Source: Spirochaetales bacterium Spiro_03 (lineage in GTDB: Bacteria; Spirochaetota; Spirochaetia; Sphaerochaetales; Sphaerochaetaceae). From it: DNA of 59,466 bases. The stretch lies in the NCBI GenBank assembly GCA_001603105.1, contig LVBE01000036.1:1-59466 (forward strand). Direction: 5' to 3'. Both the position numbers and the translations under genes were made by a program. Under the pieces are notes generated by a model. The model had not been told where the DNA came from. It ran no database searches and was given only the letters and a program-made list of their open reading frames with translations. Within the stretch, counting starts at the first letter, position 1. Every line of letters begins with the position of its first letter. Positions 57,219 to 59,466 of the stretch are shown here, one piece after another.

Positions 57219-59175
57219 ATGAGGGAAAGCGTGGAACTTATCGCCACTGAATTTGTATCTCTGATCATTGTCGTCACAATGCTTGTAGTTCTTTTGCGGT
57301 CGCGCCGTCGCGGTGATGGGCCGATGACTGCCTCATTCTTAGCGCCATTTTGGGCTTTCGCTGCCTACCTGCTCATCGCTATCCCGCTACACCTGATCCT
57401 TCTGCAGATCATAGTCCCTGCCCCAACGGTGGTACGAGTTCTCTTTGGCCTCCACCTGGCTACCCTCCCGCTCTTTGTCACCATCTGGTCCGTAGGCATC
57501 CAAGGACGCATCACACGAACCCGGGGCCGACAGCTGACCGTCACCATACCGCTTGTGCTGGCAGCACTCTTTATTGGATCGCTCATGTTGGACGTGCCCT
57601 ATGGCGTGCTCTTTCACTACAACGGCGACGGAGTGCTCTCCGGAGGCATCGGCATTACAATCATGCTCACCGTCAATGCCATAATACTGATCTCTGCCCT
57701 GCTATCCATCATCACCCACCGGATCATGTATCCCGGCTTCAGCCGTATCGGCCTTGGCTTTGCCATCGCCGTGCTCTCCCTCTCGCTCTTCTTCTTCCAC
57801 TTCTTCAGAAATCCGAACCTCGTAGCCATAAGCGGGACGTTCACCCTGCTCTTCAGTTTCTTTGCCTGGCAACGCCGTGAGCTGACCCTCGATGCGTTGA
57901 CCAAAATTCCCAACTATACCGCCTACCGGAGCGCTTTGGGCACCATCACAGCCCACAATGAGAAGCGGACGCTGGTGATGGTGGACATCGAGAACTTTCG
58001 TCTCATCAATGACCGCCACGGCAGCGACGGTGGCGATCAGGTACTGATCTGGCTGGCAGGTGCCCTCGACACCCTCTCATCCGAGGCCATCGCCTACCGC
58101 CTCCACTCAAACCGCTTCGTCCTCATCGCACCCAACTTATCCCACAACAAGATTGTCCGACTCGTCAACCAGATCCGCTCCGCTGCAGCGATTGGAACGA
58201 TCGTCGGTGGCGAACATATTGCCGTCCACCTCCACATCGCGATCTTGCAGACTCCGGTAGGGGGGTAACACCGCCGAGGAGACTGCAGAGTCGCTGGAGT
58301 TTACGATGACCCAGATAAAGGAGGAGCGGAGCCTGCAGGTAATCATCTTCAACCAACGCATTGTGTCGCTGAGAATCCGGCGTCGGGCGATCATATCGGC
58401 GTTGCGTACCGCCATCACCGACCACAATCTGATCCACGTCCTCTACCAACCGATCGTCGACGCCAGTGACAACCGCATCATGGCAGCAGAGGCGTTGATC
58501 CGCCTGAGCGACCCGCACCTTGGCCAAGTCAGCCCAGGAGAGTTCATCCCAATTGCCGAGCAGATCGGCGTCATCAGAGAGATCACCACTATTGTCGTGT
58601 CCAAGGTCTGCTCGTTCCTGTCCAGGCACGCACACCTGTCGGACAACCTCTCCCACATCTCCATCAACATCAGCGCAGCTGACCTTGCCTCGGTGGAGAT
58701 GGGCGGACGGCTGCTACCCATCATCAAGGAGGCGAGCATCGAGCCGTCGAAGATCGTCTTTGAAGTGACTGAGTCGATGCTCGTGAAGAATTACCAACAG
58801 GTTCTGAAGAATTGGAACCTCTTCACCGGCTATGGCGTACACTTCATGCTCGACGACTTTGGCACCGGCTACTCCAATATCGAAAGCCTGATCACCCTCC
58901 CCTTTGAGATCGTCAAGCTCGATCGAAGCGTGGTCACCAACAAGAAGAACGACTACCAGCTACTGAGCCTCATCACCACGCTGCTACGTCGCCTCGACAA
59001 GCAAATCGTCGCCGAAGGAGTCGAGACTCGAGAGCACCTCGAGGTCGCCCAACGCCATGGGGTGCACTACATCCAAGGCTATTACTTCTCCCGCCCCGTT
59101 GATGAGGAGCAGCTGCTCGCGTGGATGGAATCGAGCATGTGCATCGTTCCGACTGCCCGATCTCCCCGGACATGA
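57219..59175 (+). pseudogene. Membrane GGDEF(degenerate)-EAL protein split by a +1 frameshift in the G6 run at 58260-58265
   Basis: ORF 57219-58268 has 7 TM, DALTKIPN, DIENFRLIND and a degenerate RLHSNRF. ORF 58306-59175 has YQPI, EAL, DDFGTGYS, AEGVE, QGYY. Removing one G gives a continuous ...TPVGGNTAEETAESLEFTMTQIK... May be a sequencing error. Confidence 0.8.
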
Positions 59176-59179
59176 CAAA

Positions 59180-59197
59180 GGCCACCGTGCGGTGGCC
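59180..59197. terminator. Hairpin between convergent genes
   Basis: GGCCACC-GTGC-GGTGGCC. Confidence 0.5.
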
Positions 59198-59221
59198 CCT
59201 GTCCATCATCGAAGTGTAGCT

Positions 59222-59466
59222 CTACAGGTCGGTAATCAAGCCGGCCATGTCGTCGGTGACCACCTCGTCACTTTCGGCCATCGTCACCGCGTAGGAGGGA
59301 ACTTCGTAGTTCTGTAGCCACAGCTGTTGGCTCGCCTCAGGATTGGCGACCAGAGCCGGCACGAGGATCATCACCATATCCTGCATCAGCGGGACGGAGA
59401 AGGTGCGCACGATGGTGTGCTCCTCCCACCACTGATCGGTATAGGTGACCGTCACCGTATGCTTCT
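59222..59466 (-). CDS. 3' end of a hypothetical protein whose start lies beyond the window
   Basis: Frame open from the window edge (KHTVTVTYTDQWWEEH...) to the stop at 59222. Confidence 0.65.
   Translation of the reverse strand, partial: KHTVTVTYTDQWWEEHTIVRTFSVPLMQDMVMILVPALVANPEASQQLWLQNYEVPSYAVTMAESDEVVTDDMAGLITDL

Noticed and set aside
1-59466. Mobile elements, CRISPR arrays, rRNA/tRNA, defence systems
   Set aside because: No transposase, integrase, cas or phage genes, repeat-spacer arrays or structural RNA signatures were found by eye.

Overview
About 59.5 kb of gene-dense, GC-rich bacterial chromosome. It is most likely from a spirochete of the Sphaerochaetaceae: the rpsT-HU(Hbb-like)-lnt-cinA-rho-rpmE order and the 'AGGAKE' solute-binding-protein N-terminus point there, but this is inference. 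No rRNA, tRNA, CRISPR array, IS element or prophage is recognisable. In order, the window holds: (1) a GH105/YteR plus ABC-permease uronate-oligosaccharide operon with two tandem uncharacterised paralogous 'FFSENH' proteins (one missed by the ORF track) and a doubled 16-bp operator; (2) MATE, RluA fusion, NYN, GGDEF and pyk; (3) two parallel envelope-transport cassettes with the same layout (MMPL/RND or LolCDE-like ABC engine, LolA-like protein, C-terminal-Phe beta-barrel-like protein), one with a sharply AT-rich mosaic barrel gene; (4) znuACB-zur, ferritin, pirin and a Crp/HcpR-ferredoxin pair; (5) uxaE, nifS/nifU, surE and housekeeping genes. Three full-length enzyme homologues (AOR-like, GalK-like, PurD-like) have lost or altered their catalytic motifs, and a GGDEF-EAL gene is split by one extra G in a G6 run. 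All annotations come from reading motifs by eye; no database searches were run.
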